A DNA stretch of 64,000 bases from the human T2T-CHM13v2.0 reference genome, Homo sapiens, in the NCBI RefSeq assembly GCF_009914755.1, contig NC_060931.1; one strand, 5' to 3'. How positions within the stretch are numbered: position 1 is the first letter of the stretch; every line of letters begins with the position of its first letter. This document shows, piece after piece, positions 1 through 12,584 of this stretch. Under the pieces are notes generated by a model. The model saw only the letters and a list, made by a program, of their open reading frames with translations. It searched no databases and was not told where the DNA came from. A program made the position numbers and the translations under genes.

Positions 1-2658
1 CTATGCCTGGTCCAGCAGCTATGGCAGTGGCAGCGACTCATACACCACCCCTAAGCGAGGAAATGCTGCCCTAAACGTATGGCTGACTTTTACAAGTCGA
101 AGGTCCCAACTCCAGGAAGTTAGGGCAGAAAGAGACAGTCATGAGGAAAGTATTTCTGAAGAAAAGCAGATTATTTTGAGCACGAACTGCTGAGTCCCCA
201 CTCTGTGTCAGCCTCTGCTTCTTGCCAAGGAGTGTTGCTAAGCTGATCTTCCTCCCAGGAGCATTAGGCTGATTTAAAAGATGGCAAGGAAGCAAGCAAC
301 TAGAGAAGTCCGGGTAGCCTTGAAGCGACAGGTTACGTATAAACTGCACTTGGGGGCTGCTGCCTGGAGGAGCGAGCTTTCTTTCTGGATTCTTCCAAAG
401 GGCAGAAGCAGGGCCTGCAAGTGGAGGTCAGAAGACAGAGATCTTGATCCTGTCTGAGACCACGCCGTCCACAGGGCCAGCCTGGCAATGGGTCAAGCTA
501 CCCCAGACATATCCAGGCAGCAGCCAGGTGCCCTTTTCGTGTGCACCAGACTCCCCTCTAAGGCAGGAGGTTGGAGCAAGCAATGCCTAAAATGAGCTCT
601 TGGCTGTGTCTGGCACCTACCAAGCACGACAAATGAAAACTTTGGTGGAATTAACAATCTAATGATAAGATTTGGTGGTTCTTTTTTGGCCTGACACAAT
701 GAAAGTAGCCTCTTAGGAAGAAGCCTTAATCCTCTAAGTCCATACATTGCCCTGAAGGGGCCATTTTCAGCACCCAAGTTCCTATTTCAAAAAAGTTAAG
801 ACGTGCTTTAAGGGCTTTAGCTAGGATTCTCTAGTTAGAGACAAACACCAGAAGCAGAACTGCAGGGTGTCTCGGGACTGAGGCACATGTGCCTGACCAG
901 ACCCGGAAGAGGGTGGGAGGCATCTACTCAACATGCTCTACTGTGCTGCATGGAAGTGGGAGTGAGGAAGGCCAGACAGGAAGAGAGAAGTGAAGCCAGG
1001 CCCTCTGAGAGTGAGGTGTCAAATTCACAATGACAGCAAAGCCTCTGGTAAGAATGGGAGCTGGGAAATTCTTAAAAAAAGAAAGTCTTTATCTAGATCA
1101 AGCCCTTCCTCAAGCCATGACCTTCTGTTGTCAATTTCATGGAGAAGTGCACGGGCAGTGGGGGCCACCACAACCCGCACGCTCAGCCTGGACACACAGC
1201 CTGGGATCATTTATCAAACCAGCAGAGGGGAAAATCCCCCAGCACAGAGCAACTCCTCTGCAAAATGTAGAGCTTCGCTGATCCTGCCCGACCCCAAACC
1301 TGCTCACATTTCAAGTCCTCCAAGAAAAGGATCAGACAATCGCTGTCCTCTCTTGCTTCCCCTTCTCCAGTCCTCCCAATGCTGCCACCCACATGGAGGA
1401 GAAATGTGTACCAGGCTTGCAGACACAGGGTGGCAGTGGAGCCCTTGCCTGCTTCCACGAGCACCTGCACCACCTTCCTCTCATGAGCCCAGAGACATGT
1501 CAGTGTCCACACAGCAGCCCAGCAAGAGAGGAAAGGAGTCCTGGTGCTCCCGAAGCGGAGACACTCGGGCCCCATGAAGTTATATGATCAGCACAAATGC
1601 ACCGGCAAGGTCTTAGGCAGAGGCAGTCTGAAGCCTGGAGCATCACCAGCTTCACAGGAAGGGAATACCTGCTTCCAGGCAAGGTGAATGGAACTGAAGT
1701 GTCCCCACCGTCAGGAATTCAGACAGAGCAAGCACCAAGATTGTAAGTGAGCATTACTGCAAAAGCATTAAAGTTGGGGGCTATACCTAAGGCTGCCCTG
1801 GACTCCAGGCCTGGCTCTGTTATTTGCTCATTGTGTAAACCTTTGAAATTTCTGAATCTCTCAAACTTACTTTATCTATAAAATGGATTTCAAAAATAGA
1901 ATCCATCCCTCACAACTATAAGGTGTTTAGCATCTGCCCCTGCACATGATAAGCAGTGGGTATCATATTATGGCTGGAAGCACCTTCAGGCCAGGAGAGC
2001 CAGGATGCTGTAGGCTGCTGCCGCACCCCTTGTCCATTATCTCCCGGCTTCCCACACTTTGATTCCAGCTGCTGCCATCATGACCAACCAGAGGCAGACC
2101 TTGTTCCCCTCCTAACATCCTGCCCTAAGCACGAGGGAAAGAAAATCCCTTTCCTTGGCTCCTCTTTGACCAAGTTGACATTGTGAAAAGCAGAGAATGA
2201 AAATCTGATAGTCACAGAAAACACAAACACAGTAGAAATAATTAAAGCTCCTGAATACAGGTTTCAGATCCTGTAATAACTCACATCTTCTATGACTTTT
2301 TAACATCCCAGCCCCTGCCTGTTTCCCTGTGACTGCTGCCACCCTCTCACCCTCCTTGCTCTTCTCTCTCCCTGCTACAAGGCCCCAGGACCTATTGTGC
2401 CTACTTAGGATCCTGCCTCTCCATCCCAGGGCTGTGGGACACAGGGAGTCTCAAGAGATTGACAGTGGAGTACAACCCAAGTGAGACTCTGTCCCTGCCA
2501 CAAAGACCGTGCCCTGTCCAAGGCCACGTAGAGCCATACAATATCCCTTGATGAGTGTGCTGTGTGTACATGGGGAGAGGGACAGACCCTCCACCTGTCT
2601 TCCCAGAGCTCACAATACATTCCAAATTACCGGCAGTTACGAATTGGAGGGCTCCAGT

Positions 2659-2840
2659 CAGTGGTTCTCAAGTTGCAATTGGTCCCCAGAGCAGCAACAC
2701 CTGGGAACTTATCAGAAATGTAAATCTCAGGCCTGCTTCAGACCTACAAAATCAGAAACTCTGTAGCTGGGTTCCAGCAATCTGATTTTTCCAAGCCCTC
2801 CAGGAAGCTCTGAAGCACACTGAAGTTTGAAAAGCCACTG
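2659..2840. mobile_element. MER5A-like hAT-Charlie DNA transposon
   Basis: CAGTGGTTCTCAA...TTTGAAAAGCCACTG terminal inverted repeats and typical internal sequence. Confidence 0.8.
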
Positions 2841-2854
2841 ACCTGTTATAGTCC

Positions 2855-3050
2855 GGCTAGCTGCACAACCTTGAGTAATACACTTAAGTCTTTCCATCTG
2901 TAAGGTGGGACCAAAACCAGTTTCATCATGTGTTAAGTGGGAATGATGATGGAACCTATTTCACAGGGTTGTTGGTTACAAAGATTAAATAAGACCCTGC
3001 ATAGAATGTGCTTAGCAAATTGTAAGCACTCATAAATATTTGCTAATATT
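2855..3050 (+). mobile_element. MIR SINE
   Basis: MIR core and 3' end (CATCTGTAAGGTGGG...CACAGGGTTGTT...TAAGCACTCATAAATATT). Confidence 0.75.
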
Positions 3051-3259
3051 GATCTTCCTAAAAACCTAAGAGATGAGTTCTTCCACGATCACTAGGCAAC
3101 TATCAAGGATCTCAGTGAAGGCTTAGAGAGTTTTTGAAAGGAATCGTTCAAGGTCACTCAGCTATCAAAGATATCTTAATAGCCATTCCCCAGAGAACAG
3201 AGCAGTGTTAACTGAAGGCAAGGTGTTAACAATGCCTTTCCTTCTCTCTGACTTGCAAA

Positions 3260-3453
3260 AGGTCTCCTCTGGGGCCATTTCCCTTCCCCGTGGGCATCTA
3301 GAAATGTATGGAGGCTTTGTGGTTGACTGAGTGCTCTTGGCTTTTAGGATCCAGAGGGTCAGGGATGCTCCTCTTGCACTGTGTAAGATGGCTCTGCATA
3401 ATGAAGAAGCATCCTACTTACAATGCCAGTGACATCTCCACTGAGAAACACTG
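3260..3453. mobile_element. MER20-like hAT element
   Basis: CAGGGATGCT...AATGCCAGTGACATCTCCACTGAGAAACACTG end resembles the MER20 family. Confidence 0.5.
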
Positions 3454-3631
3454 ATCAACCCAGAGTTTCGGAGCTATCCAGAGCATGCAGCATGTCTCTG
3501 CCTAGAGAATACGCTAAACAATCACAACAATTGCTGTGGAGGGCTGGACGTCTCATGGGACACGTCTCCTGCTCAAGTCCTACTGTGGATGTTGCGAGGG
3601 CCAGCTCTCACTCTAGACATTTCATTGTCTT

Positions 3632-3680
3632 ATTTAACATGCAATTGCTTCAAATCTCATTTAACATGCAATTGCTTCAA
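3632..3680. repeat. Short tandem duplication (22 bp identical core, 27 bp period)
   Basis: ATTTAACATGCAATTGCTTCAA at 3632-3653 and 3659-3680. Confidence 0.9.
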
Positions 3681-3847
3681 TTGCCCTAGCTCCAATCACC
3701 CCTTCCCAAACCTGGGCTAGATCTCCAGCTCCATGGGCCCAGGCAAACATTTTCCAACACGGTGTTAGTAGGAATTCCCCAAATTTCCCCAAAGTTCATA
3801 CAGGAAATGGATGTTGGCTCAAGAGAGCAGAAGGTGTAGTGTGGACC

Positions 3848-3851
<4 letters not shown>

Positions 3852-3883
<32 letters not shown>

Positions 3884-4170
3884 AGACGGAGTCTTGCTCT
3901 GTCGCCCAGGCCGGACTGCGGACTGCAGTGGCGCAATCTCGGCTCACTGCAAGCTCCGCTTCCCGGGTTCACGCCATTCTCCTGCCTCAGCCTCCTGAGT
4001 AGCTGGGACTACAGGCGCCCGCCACCGCGCCCGGCTAATTTTTTGTATTTTTAGTAGAGACGGTGTTTCACCTTGTTAGCCAGGATGGTCTCGATCTCCT
4101 GACCTCATGATCCACCCGCCTTGGCCTCCCAAAGTGCTGGGATTACAGGCGTGAGCCACCGCGCCCGGCC
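3852..4170 (-). mobile_element. Full-length AluYb8 with 31-nt poly(A) and 12-bp target-site duplication (TSD)
   Basis: Diagnostic Yb duplication (CACTGCAGTCCGCAGTCCGGCC on minus) plus GGTGGATCATGAGG, AACAAGG and GGGAAGCGG; TSD TGGACCGTTCTT at 3842-3853 and 4171-4182. Confidence 0.95.
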
Positions 4171-5729
4171 TGGACCGTTCTTAAAAACTTTGTGCTATTT
4201 ATTATTTGTTACTCAGAAAGGGAGACGGAGGTAAGGATGAGAGGAGAATGTTGGTACTGTTCAGAAACTTAACAATCCTGGCTGTCAAAAATGCCAGGAG
4301 TGAATGTAATCAGTAGAATCAATAAAGATTTATTTCAAAGGATTCCCAAGGAAAAAGTGCCAGACAGAGAGCCAGAGGGGAGAAAAGTAACAGCAGCACA
4401 CAAAAGCATGCACGATTCACAGGTTTCCCGAAGCACTGGATGAAATGTGGCTTGGATGAAGTTGGCCATTTCCCCTAACTTAACACCTCTCTTCCCATAC
4501 ATAGCCCCTTTCCCTAGAGACTCCTACCTAGTGCTTTCACCAGCTTCCCCCTCCCCATAAGAGTAGCAACTGACTGTGCTAAAATGTTCCTTGCCCCACA
4601 AACCATTAAGCTGTCAAGCTGAGTTGGTGAACAAACCCAGAGAGAGCCGGTGCTGCTGGAATGCTAACGGTGAAAACCGCAATTATTCTTTCTGCTCTGG
4701 ACAATTCCTGCTTCAACTTTACTGGCCCCAGGTCATATTTTGTGATCTTTGGATGCTGATGGAAGAGAGACGGCTTGATAGAGAAAATAACCAGGGAGAT
4801 TATGTCTTGATAGAGATGGAAGTAACTAGTAGAGGTTTTTTCGTTGTTTTCCTTTTGACATCCACATAGGTGTCATATAATGGCTTCTGGTTATAAAGCC
4901 CCCTATCCAAAGGAAAAACAACTTCTCCATAAATACCTTGCCCACGTCAGTGAAATAGCTGTGTTACACACTTGAGCACCATTTTCGAGGACACTTTAAA
5001 TAGAGCATGGGTTGCTGCTTTCAATTTAATGTGTGAACAGGAGCTGCTAAGGCAGGCAGAGATGATAAGTTGTGGGGATGGGCTCAGTTTCCATTGGTGC
5101 ATCTGCTCAGATTCTAACAGATCCGCAGGCATTTAAGGCATCTCAGGGACAGGCCAGGTAAGCCACGTGAGAGACTCACTCAACAAATGAATGAACACCT
5201 ACTATGCATGAGTAAAACCAGATGCGAATCACTTCCTCTAGATGAAATGGGCTTTACATACAAATTATAACAGTTCCAGGAAAATCTAATATATGTTTAG
5301 AAGAAGAGGTGCTTTAAAAAAAATGAAATAGGTGGTACATGACAGGTAAAATACTAGACAAGTTCAGAGGAGAGGTGGGTGGTCTCTGTGTTTTCTTGTG
5401 TAACAACCTCTACTGAGTTTTATGAGAATTAAAAGAAATAATACATGACTGGTGCCCAGGACAGTGCCTGGAACTAAGTAAGCACTTGATAATGATAGCA
5501 GTAGTCAAACAAGTAGGATTAATATGGTTGACATTAAGTTTTTACTGATAATTTTAATTATAAATCCAGTTGGAGGTAAAGACAGGAGGATTATCAGATA
5601 AAGCTTGGTAAATAATGGGTAACATCTGGACAGATGAAGATGAGGGTGTGGGGGAATAGTATAGGCCAAGGTACAGATGCAAGAAAATTAAAGACTTGCT
5701 CAGGAAATAACAAATACTACAATGTGTCT

Positions 5730-6880
5730 TCAATTTTCTATGTTTGTACTGTGACAGGTCTGAATGTAGATTTCTTATTTAACCTGCTTAGAGTTTACAG
5801 ACCTTCTTGAATCTCTGTATTGATATTTTCTCCTTGTTTTAGAAAATTCATAGCCATTACCTCTTCAAATAATACTTCTTCATTTTTTTTCTTTCTTTGT
5901 AGAAATCCAATTAGATAGATAAGACTATTCTCACTGTATCCTCGATGTCTCTTACCTAAGTTTTCTGTATTTATTATACTTCATTTTGGATGATTTCATT
6001 TGCCCACTGCCCTACTTCATTAATTATCTCTTCAGCTATTTCTAAATTATTTAAAATACATCCATTGAATTCTTAATTTCAGTTGCTGTATTTTTTCAGT
6101 TCCAGGATTTCTTTTTGGTTCTTGTTTGAAATCTACTATGTCATTTTTATAGTTTCTAGTTTGCTGCCAAAACTTGTAATCTTGTCTTATTTCTACTTGA
6201 AAAATAGTAAGCATGGTTATTTTAAATCCATGGTCTGATAATTGCACTGGAAATTATCCAGGAAACCTGTGAGTCTATTATTTCTGCTGGTTCTCGGTCA
6301 TGTTGACTTATTTCCTTGTGTGTCAGCTTATCTTTGATTACATGCTGGACATTGTATTCAAAGATTTATTTGTAGAAATAATACAATGACTAGGATAAGG
6401 TATCTTCCTCCAGATAGTATTGTTTGCTTCTACCAGGTAACTGACTTGCAACATAGTGTAACATTAATCCCATTTCAGAAATTGTCATTTTTCTTAGCTA
6501 CTCAAGGGATTCAAAGCCTGACTTCACAACTTGCAAAGGCTGGTTTACTTGTAGTTCCAACCCAAAATGTTCCCATGCTTAATAGGCCCTGGACTCCAGC
6601 TTGTGTCCTGTAATGCCCTGATGCTGTCAAATGCATTGCTTAGACCCTCGGCTGCCTCTTTAGAAGCCAGCAAAAGTCTAATCCCTCTGATTAGTTAACC
6701 TCTTGATTTCCAGCTTCTTCCAAAATTTGGCCCTATCAATATTTACCACCTTACTAGCTTTCATATGTCTTCAAGCATGCTTTTGAAAATATCTTCTCCA
6801 CTTTCTGAATTTTTATCAGTAGGAAGGTCAGTCAATTGAATTAGCTAGTCTGCCTTTACTAGAAGCAAAAACCTCCCAGC
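5730..6880 (-). mobile_element. Ancient L1M fragment (ORF1/5' region)
   Basis: T-rich antisense L1-like sequence; the minus ORF 6047-6247 (LSDHGFKITMLTIF...) resembles decayed L1 ORF1p. Confidence 0.7.
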
Positions 6881-6899
6881 TGGTATTTGATTTGACTGG

Positions 6900-7450
6900 A
6901 ACATTGGATTTACTTTTGGGAGGAAATAAAAGATAAACCCAAACAATAGGCCAGTTCCAAAACATGGATAAACTTGAATGCTAGGCTAAAAAGGAAGGAT
7001 CTTTAATAAGCGATGGGGAGCCATTGAAGATTCTCAAGCAAAGGAGTTCTCCTTGGGAGCTATACTTGAGGAAGATGAATTGGACACTTATGTGCCAAAC
7101 TGATTAGAGGGGCATGAGACCAAAATCAGGAAGGAGAGTTGACTCCTTTTATCAAACTTTCAGAGAAGAAGGCAAACTATCTGAGCTAGGGCTATGGTGG
7201 TGGCAACACTAGGAAGACAGAGACAGATGGGAAGTACAGGGTTATTTCATGAGTGAGGCACACTAACTAGAAGATGGTAACAGAAATCAGAATATGGAAA
7301 GAAAACCAGATGAAGGACAGAGGGAGAAAAGTAAAATGATATGATTTGCCCATTAACTGAGAGTGGGATTGAAAGAGAAAGAAGAATCAAAGATGATATT
7401 GAGGTTTTGAACATGGGTAGCTCAGACAAGGGAAAGAGATTATGAGGGCT
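6900..7450 (-). mobile_element. L2 fragment
   Basis: GAATGCTAGGCTAA...GATGGGGAGCCATTGAAGATT is typical antisense L2. Confidence 0.65.
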
Positions 7451-8619
7451 AAGCCACAACCCACCCATCCTCTTTTTAGTCATGAGACAGCTCAAAGAAA
7501 AGATCTGTTTCAAGTAAGTGACAGTGGCCACTCTCCAACCCAAAACCCTCCCAGAGGAGAGATGATTTCATATGAGAATAGAGAACCTACCCATGGTGTC
7601 ACTACAATCAGGCAGGTGGGACAACCTCTTGGAGAGTCAGAGAGCAACCCATTTTGTGATATTAGAGATTCTCTAAGTGAAATTGGCTGACAGCACAATT
7701 CCCGTTTTGGGGAAGGAGAAAGCTCCCAGAGCCACTTGTTAGTAACAGAGGTCCTGGAGCATTGGATTACAAGCCAGGAAGTTCCATAGAAAAGAAGGAG
7801 CACACAGAAATAGACTTAAGTGTGCAGAGGGTGAGGGGGGCACACCCTGTCACTATGTGACAGGTGATCCATGGGGGCTTCTAGGATTCTCACTATTGGT
7901 TCTACTGAGTGATGAAAAGGTGCCCATTAGGGTTAACTTCCCAGGTTTTTAGGTAGGGTCCGAATGGAGTGGAAATGTAAACCTTTAAATAATTATGGCT
8001 TTCTTGGCCTAGATGTCTGTCATGCACTACAGATATTTTTTCCTCCCTTCCATGTGTATGAGTGAATATCAAAAGTAGGTACCTGTAAAAAATAAAAATA
8101 GAAAACTTTCACTTTCATTGCAAAGATCTTGGAGATGAAATAAAATAAAAGTAAAATGTAACTTGGGAAAGGGCTATATAAATTTCACAAATAAATGACT
8201 GAGGTTGACATTGATCTGAACTGGACCTGTGCTACAATAGAGGGGACTAGTACAGCCACACCAGGCAAAGCTCTCCACACAACCTGTTTGCTTTTCATTT
8301 TCTTATTGTCTACACCAAATCAATAAGATCTGCAAAAAGCAAATGTAGCAAATGTATTTTTTTTCTCCCTATTCTGTACCAGGACTCCTCTCCGGCTTCA
8401 GACCTGGAATTTAACAGGATGACCACCCCTCCCCCAGTGTCCTCTGTGCTCCTATTGTCTGCCCCAAGAAAGCTCCTACTAATTCTCTCAAAAGGACCTT
8501 ACCTCCTGCAGTTACTTCACATGCTCCTGTGGGCAGCTTTAATTTATCCCAGTGGAAGTCAAGATGTAGGTTTGTGTAGAGGCCTGGGAAACCTATCAAA
8601 GGAGAATGAGGTTGAACAA

Positions 8620-8752
8620 AAACATCCCAGGGATAGACTCTCAGCTCCCTGTGGGTTGGGCCATGTTTGCCACTCACACTGAACCCCCAGCACCTGGCAC
8701 AATACCTAGCTCATAAGAAAACACACTATAAATACTTGTTGAATTGTTGAAC
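8620..8752 (+). mobile_element. L2 3' end
   Basis: CCCCAGCACCTGGCACAATACCTAGC...ATAAATACTTGTTGAAT. Confidence 0.65.
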
Positions 8753-10439
8753 TGAGAGAGCTGGGATGAGAAAAACAAGCCAGGCATCACTTTCTTGTCA
8801 AATAATCCTTGTACATTTGCCACCCAAAGGCAGGGCAATGGGTTGACCCAAGGTTTTTCTTTCATGAAACAGCCCCAAAGAGAATCCTCCCTATAAATGT
8901 GCTCATTTTTTCTCTCCAAATGCCTTTATTCCAGAAGAAAGCAAAACAGTGAGTGGATGACTTTCATTTGTTTTTTGCAGGAAAAGAAAAAAAAAATGAG
9001 GATTAAGAAAATTTGGAACTAAGGTGTTAAGAAGTGTAATAGGGTAGAGGAGGCTAAGAAAAACCAGTGTTGCTGTAGTAGGGAGAGGTTTGACTGACTG
9101 ACTGACACCATCCACCACAAAGTCATCAGGCACCTGCGGGCCTGGACCCTGCAGGAGGTGGCTGGGTGTATTCCTGCTGACTGATAGGATAACTATGCAC
9201 ATTCAAGGCTAAGAAGAGGACCAGCAGTTGCCAACCAACCCCCAAAACTGACCAGTGCTGAGTAGTCAGTCACCTTTGATAACCACAATCATCATTAGTG
9301 AGTCCAACAGGGGACTGGCTTTAACACCAACCCAAATGCTCAGAAGGGTGCATTTGACTAGCTTGACCTACATCTGGTTCCCCTCTGTGATGTTTTGGCC
9401 ATCACCCAAGTACTTGGGATCTTTGTCTCTAGCTAGAGCTTCAGGAATAGTAGCTCACCTACTCCTAAAACTAATCTTCAGAATGAAAAACAATGGCAGC
9501 ACTGCAGAAAAAGGGCTAGGATGTGGAAATGCAGGAATAGATGCTTCCAGGACCACAAAAAATGCAGCATCTAAGAAAGGACAAGTATTAGGGATCCCTT
9601 TCATATGGTCTTGATCTTCCCTCCTGCTTTGACAGTTTTAGTGGGTTAAATATGCTACCCTGTTGGGAGGTAGGAACTGAGAGACTAAAAATCCCAATGC
9701 ACCAGTAAAATTTTTTTAAGTCCAGAGAAAGTAGAACTCTGGTGAAAGCCATTTGTAAGCATATCTCCAGAATCTAATATATCTGTGTGGCCAAAAACAG
9801 TGGGCACTGTTAATTCACAACCAGACACTCACTGAGACTCAGGAACAGAAGGGGGCAGGTGCTGGTAATCCCTTGAGTGCTAAGCTTTTTTAATAATACA
9901 CTGGAGAGCAGAGGGGAGAAGAAACAGCATTAATGGAAATGATTGAAACAAATGCCCCACTAGTGGACAGTGATCTTGTTTTGGGCTTACAAAACTGATT
10001 GATTATCAGATCCACCTTAAGCCTCCCTTTTGAGAAGGTTCTCCATCCCCACCCTTGCTCCTAACACCCTTGTCGATTCTGGTTACATCAGTCTGGAACA
10101 AGGGCAGGGACTTTGTAACTTTCAAAAGTTCCTCAGGTGAATCTGAGGACAAACAAGGCTTAGGAATCATGGGTCCAACCCATGAGATTCACAAAATGAA
10201 AATATGCAAGTCAAATGCCAAACTGGCCCATCTGGTTTCACTATTCCAGGAAAGGGAGCCCAAAAGGATGCTAATTTGTTACAAGTGGCCTGAAAAATAC
10301 ATCTATGTTTTAAATACTTCCTCTCTTGAAATAGTAAACTGAATTACAGCAAGCTAGCTCCATGGTGATATTTTCCCTGATTCCAGTTCACAGAGAGAAT
10401 TTAAAGTGAAAAATCCTTTTCAAAAGGAAGATACAATAG

Positions 10440-10660
10440 GCTGTGCTCTTCAATGATGCTTGCTCTGGGCCCAGTACTGATGCTGACCACTTCACACACG
10501 TCATCTCACGTAATCTGTAAGGAAGGCATCATCACCCCCATCTTACAAATGAAGTCACTGTCTCAGGGAGATTTAAGTACATTTGCCCAAACTACAAACT
10601 GGTGGGATGTGAATTGAACTTTAATCTGATTTCGGAGTCTTTACCTTGAAGTCTATACAG
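10440..10660 (-). mobile_element. MIR SINE
   Basis: CCCCATCTTACAAATGAAGTCACTG...TTTGCCCAA antisense core. Confidence 0.65.
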
Positions 10661-11949
10661 TATGTTGCTTTCTTAAACCCCCCCACACCTACATCTCTGC
10701 TTCAGTTTCTAGGTCTTTGTATGTCACTTAACAAGCATCCCCTCCATGCCAATGTGGTTGCACCCATTTCTTCGCTAGGGTGCTCCTGAATGCATGCAGG
10801 CATGGGTAAGTGTATAGTGAGTAGTAGGAGTCAAGACAAGAGGCTGGGAGCTGTCTGGGGCTCCTCCTGGGATCTCCTGGTGGGGTGCAGAACTATTCCA
10901 GGGATTCCAACTCTGGCCTACTGTACAGAAGAATCAAGGGACAGACATTCCAACAGCCAGGCAAACCAGAACCACAGAGAAAACAGGGAGGCAGTCAAAG
11001 CCATCAGGACCCCACAAATATACCCACCAGGAGAATCAAATCAGGGTCTGCGGAGGCAACAAGAGAGTTTGTTGGTGGCCTAGATTTTTACTCTTTGGAC
11101 CACTCTGTATTTCAGCTTCACGCAGCAGCTTGCAAAAGAGCCCTGGGGATGGCAAGAAAGCAGAAAGCACCTCTCTTTGTAGCCACAACTACAGATCCCA
11201 AGACCACTATGACCAAATTAGGACAGAAAGCCTTCAGTGACGCACACACAGGCCCTGGGGAGTCTGAACACGAGTAGATCTAATGCTGTTGAACAAAACG
11301 TGAAACCGAAGAAAACACCCAGCCACACAGAGCCCTTTGAATTGGTGGCTTCACTCCAGGGCTGCAAGTGGGGAGAGAGTGAAAAGAGACAAAGCCTGGC
11401 TTTGGAAAGTCTCAAAAGAGTTTCTAGGAATGCCACGTCCCAAATCCTGTGGGGTTTGTGAGGGGTTTGGAGAGTCCTGCTTGTTGAAAAGCACTTAGTT
11501 GTCATAGTAGAAAGTGGAGTTCTAGACTCCCCTAGCCCTCATTACAAATCAATGAGTAGAGTTTAATTCTAATTGTGAGATGACTGAGAAAGGATTTTTA
11601 TGATAAGCAGATGAGGCTAGGGCAATTTCAAGTGCAAGTAAGGTCTTTATTTATTGGCTTTTTAAAAAATGTCCCACCATTTTGTATGTATTTGGGGGTT
11701 TTGCTTGTGGAGAGAGCCCAGGAGTGGGACATGGAGGTAGACAACACTGATAACAGTGAGAGACGCTGCCAGGCAGTCTGAGTTCTCTGTTCCTAGCCCT
11801 GGGCCAAGAGAAATGTGCTCTGACCCAAGGTTAGGCATGTTCTCACCCAAGACCAAGACCAAGGATTCTCCTAAACATTCCAATAAATACCCAACGTAGC
11901 TTTTAAACCTTAATCTGTTATTTCCTAGTTTGCAGAGTAAAATATACCC

Positions 11950-12584
11950 TGTCAGAAGTGTTTGAACCAGAGTGACTCCATCTTGAATAGGGGATGGGTA
12001 AAATGAGGCTGAGTCCTACTGGGCTACATTCCCAGAAGGTTAGGCATTCTTAGTCACAGGATGAGATATGGGTTGGCACAAGATACAGGTCATAAAGACC
12101 TTGCTGATAAAACAGGATGTGGTGAAGAAGCTGGCCAAAACTCACCAAAACCAAGACGGTGATGAAAGTGACCTCGGGTCGTCCCCACTGCTCATTATAT
12201 GCTAATTATAATACAGTATCATGGTAAAAGACACTCAGGCCAGCACCATGACAGTTTACAAATGCCATGGCAACATCCACAAGTTTCCCTATATGGTCTA
12301 AAAAATGGAGGAACCCTCAGTTCTGGGAAATCTCTGCCCCTTTTCTGGAAATCTCATGAATAATCCACCCCTCGTTTAGCATATAATCCAGAAACAACTG
12401 TAAGTATACTCCATCAAGCAGCTCATCCTGCTGCTCTGCCTATGGAGTAGCCATTTTTTTACTCCTTTACTTTCTTAATAAACTTGCGTTTGCTTTACTT
12501 TATGGACTTGCCCTGAATTCTTTTCTTGTGTGAGGTCCAAGAAAACTCTGTTGGGGTCTGGATCAGGATGCTTTTCTGGTAAGG
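11950..12584 (+). mobile_element. MER41 (MER41B-like) solo LTR, ERV1
   Basis: Begins TGTCAGAAGTGTTTGAACCAGAGTGACTCCATCTTGAATAGG; has GCCATGGCAAC, a GAS motif and AATAAA; ends GGGGTCTGGATCAGG...TTCTGGTAA; ~635 bp. Confidence 0.9.

Noticed and set aside
3811-4054. Short ORFs here and at 49696-50351 and 61307-61602
   Set aside because: Alu-derived reading frames.
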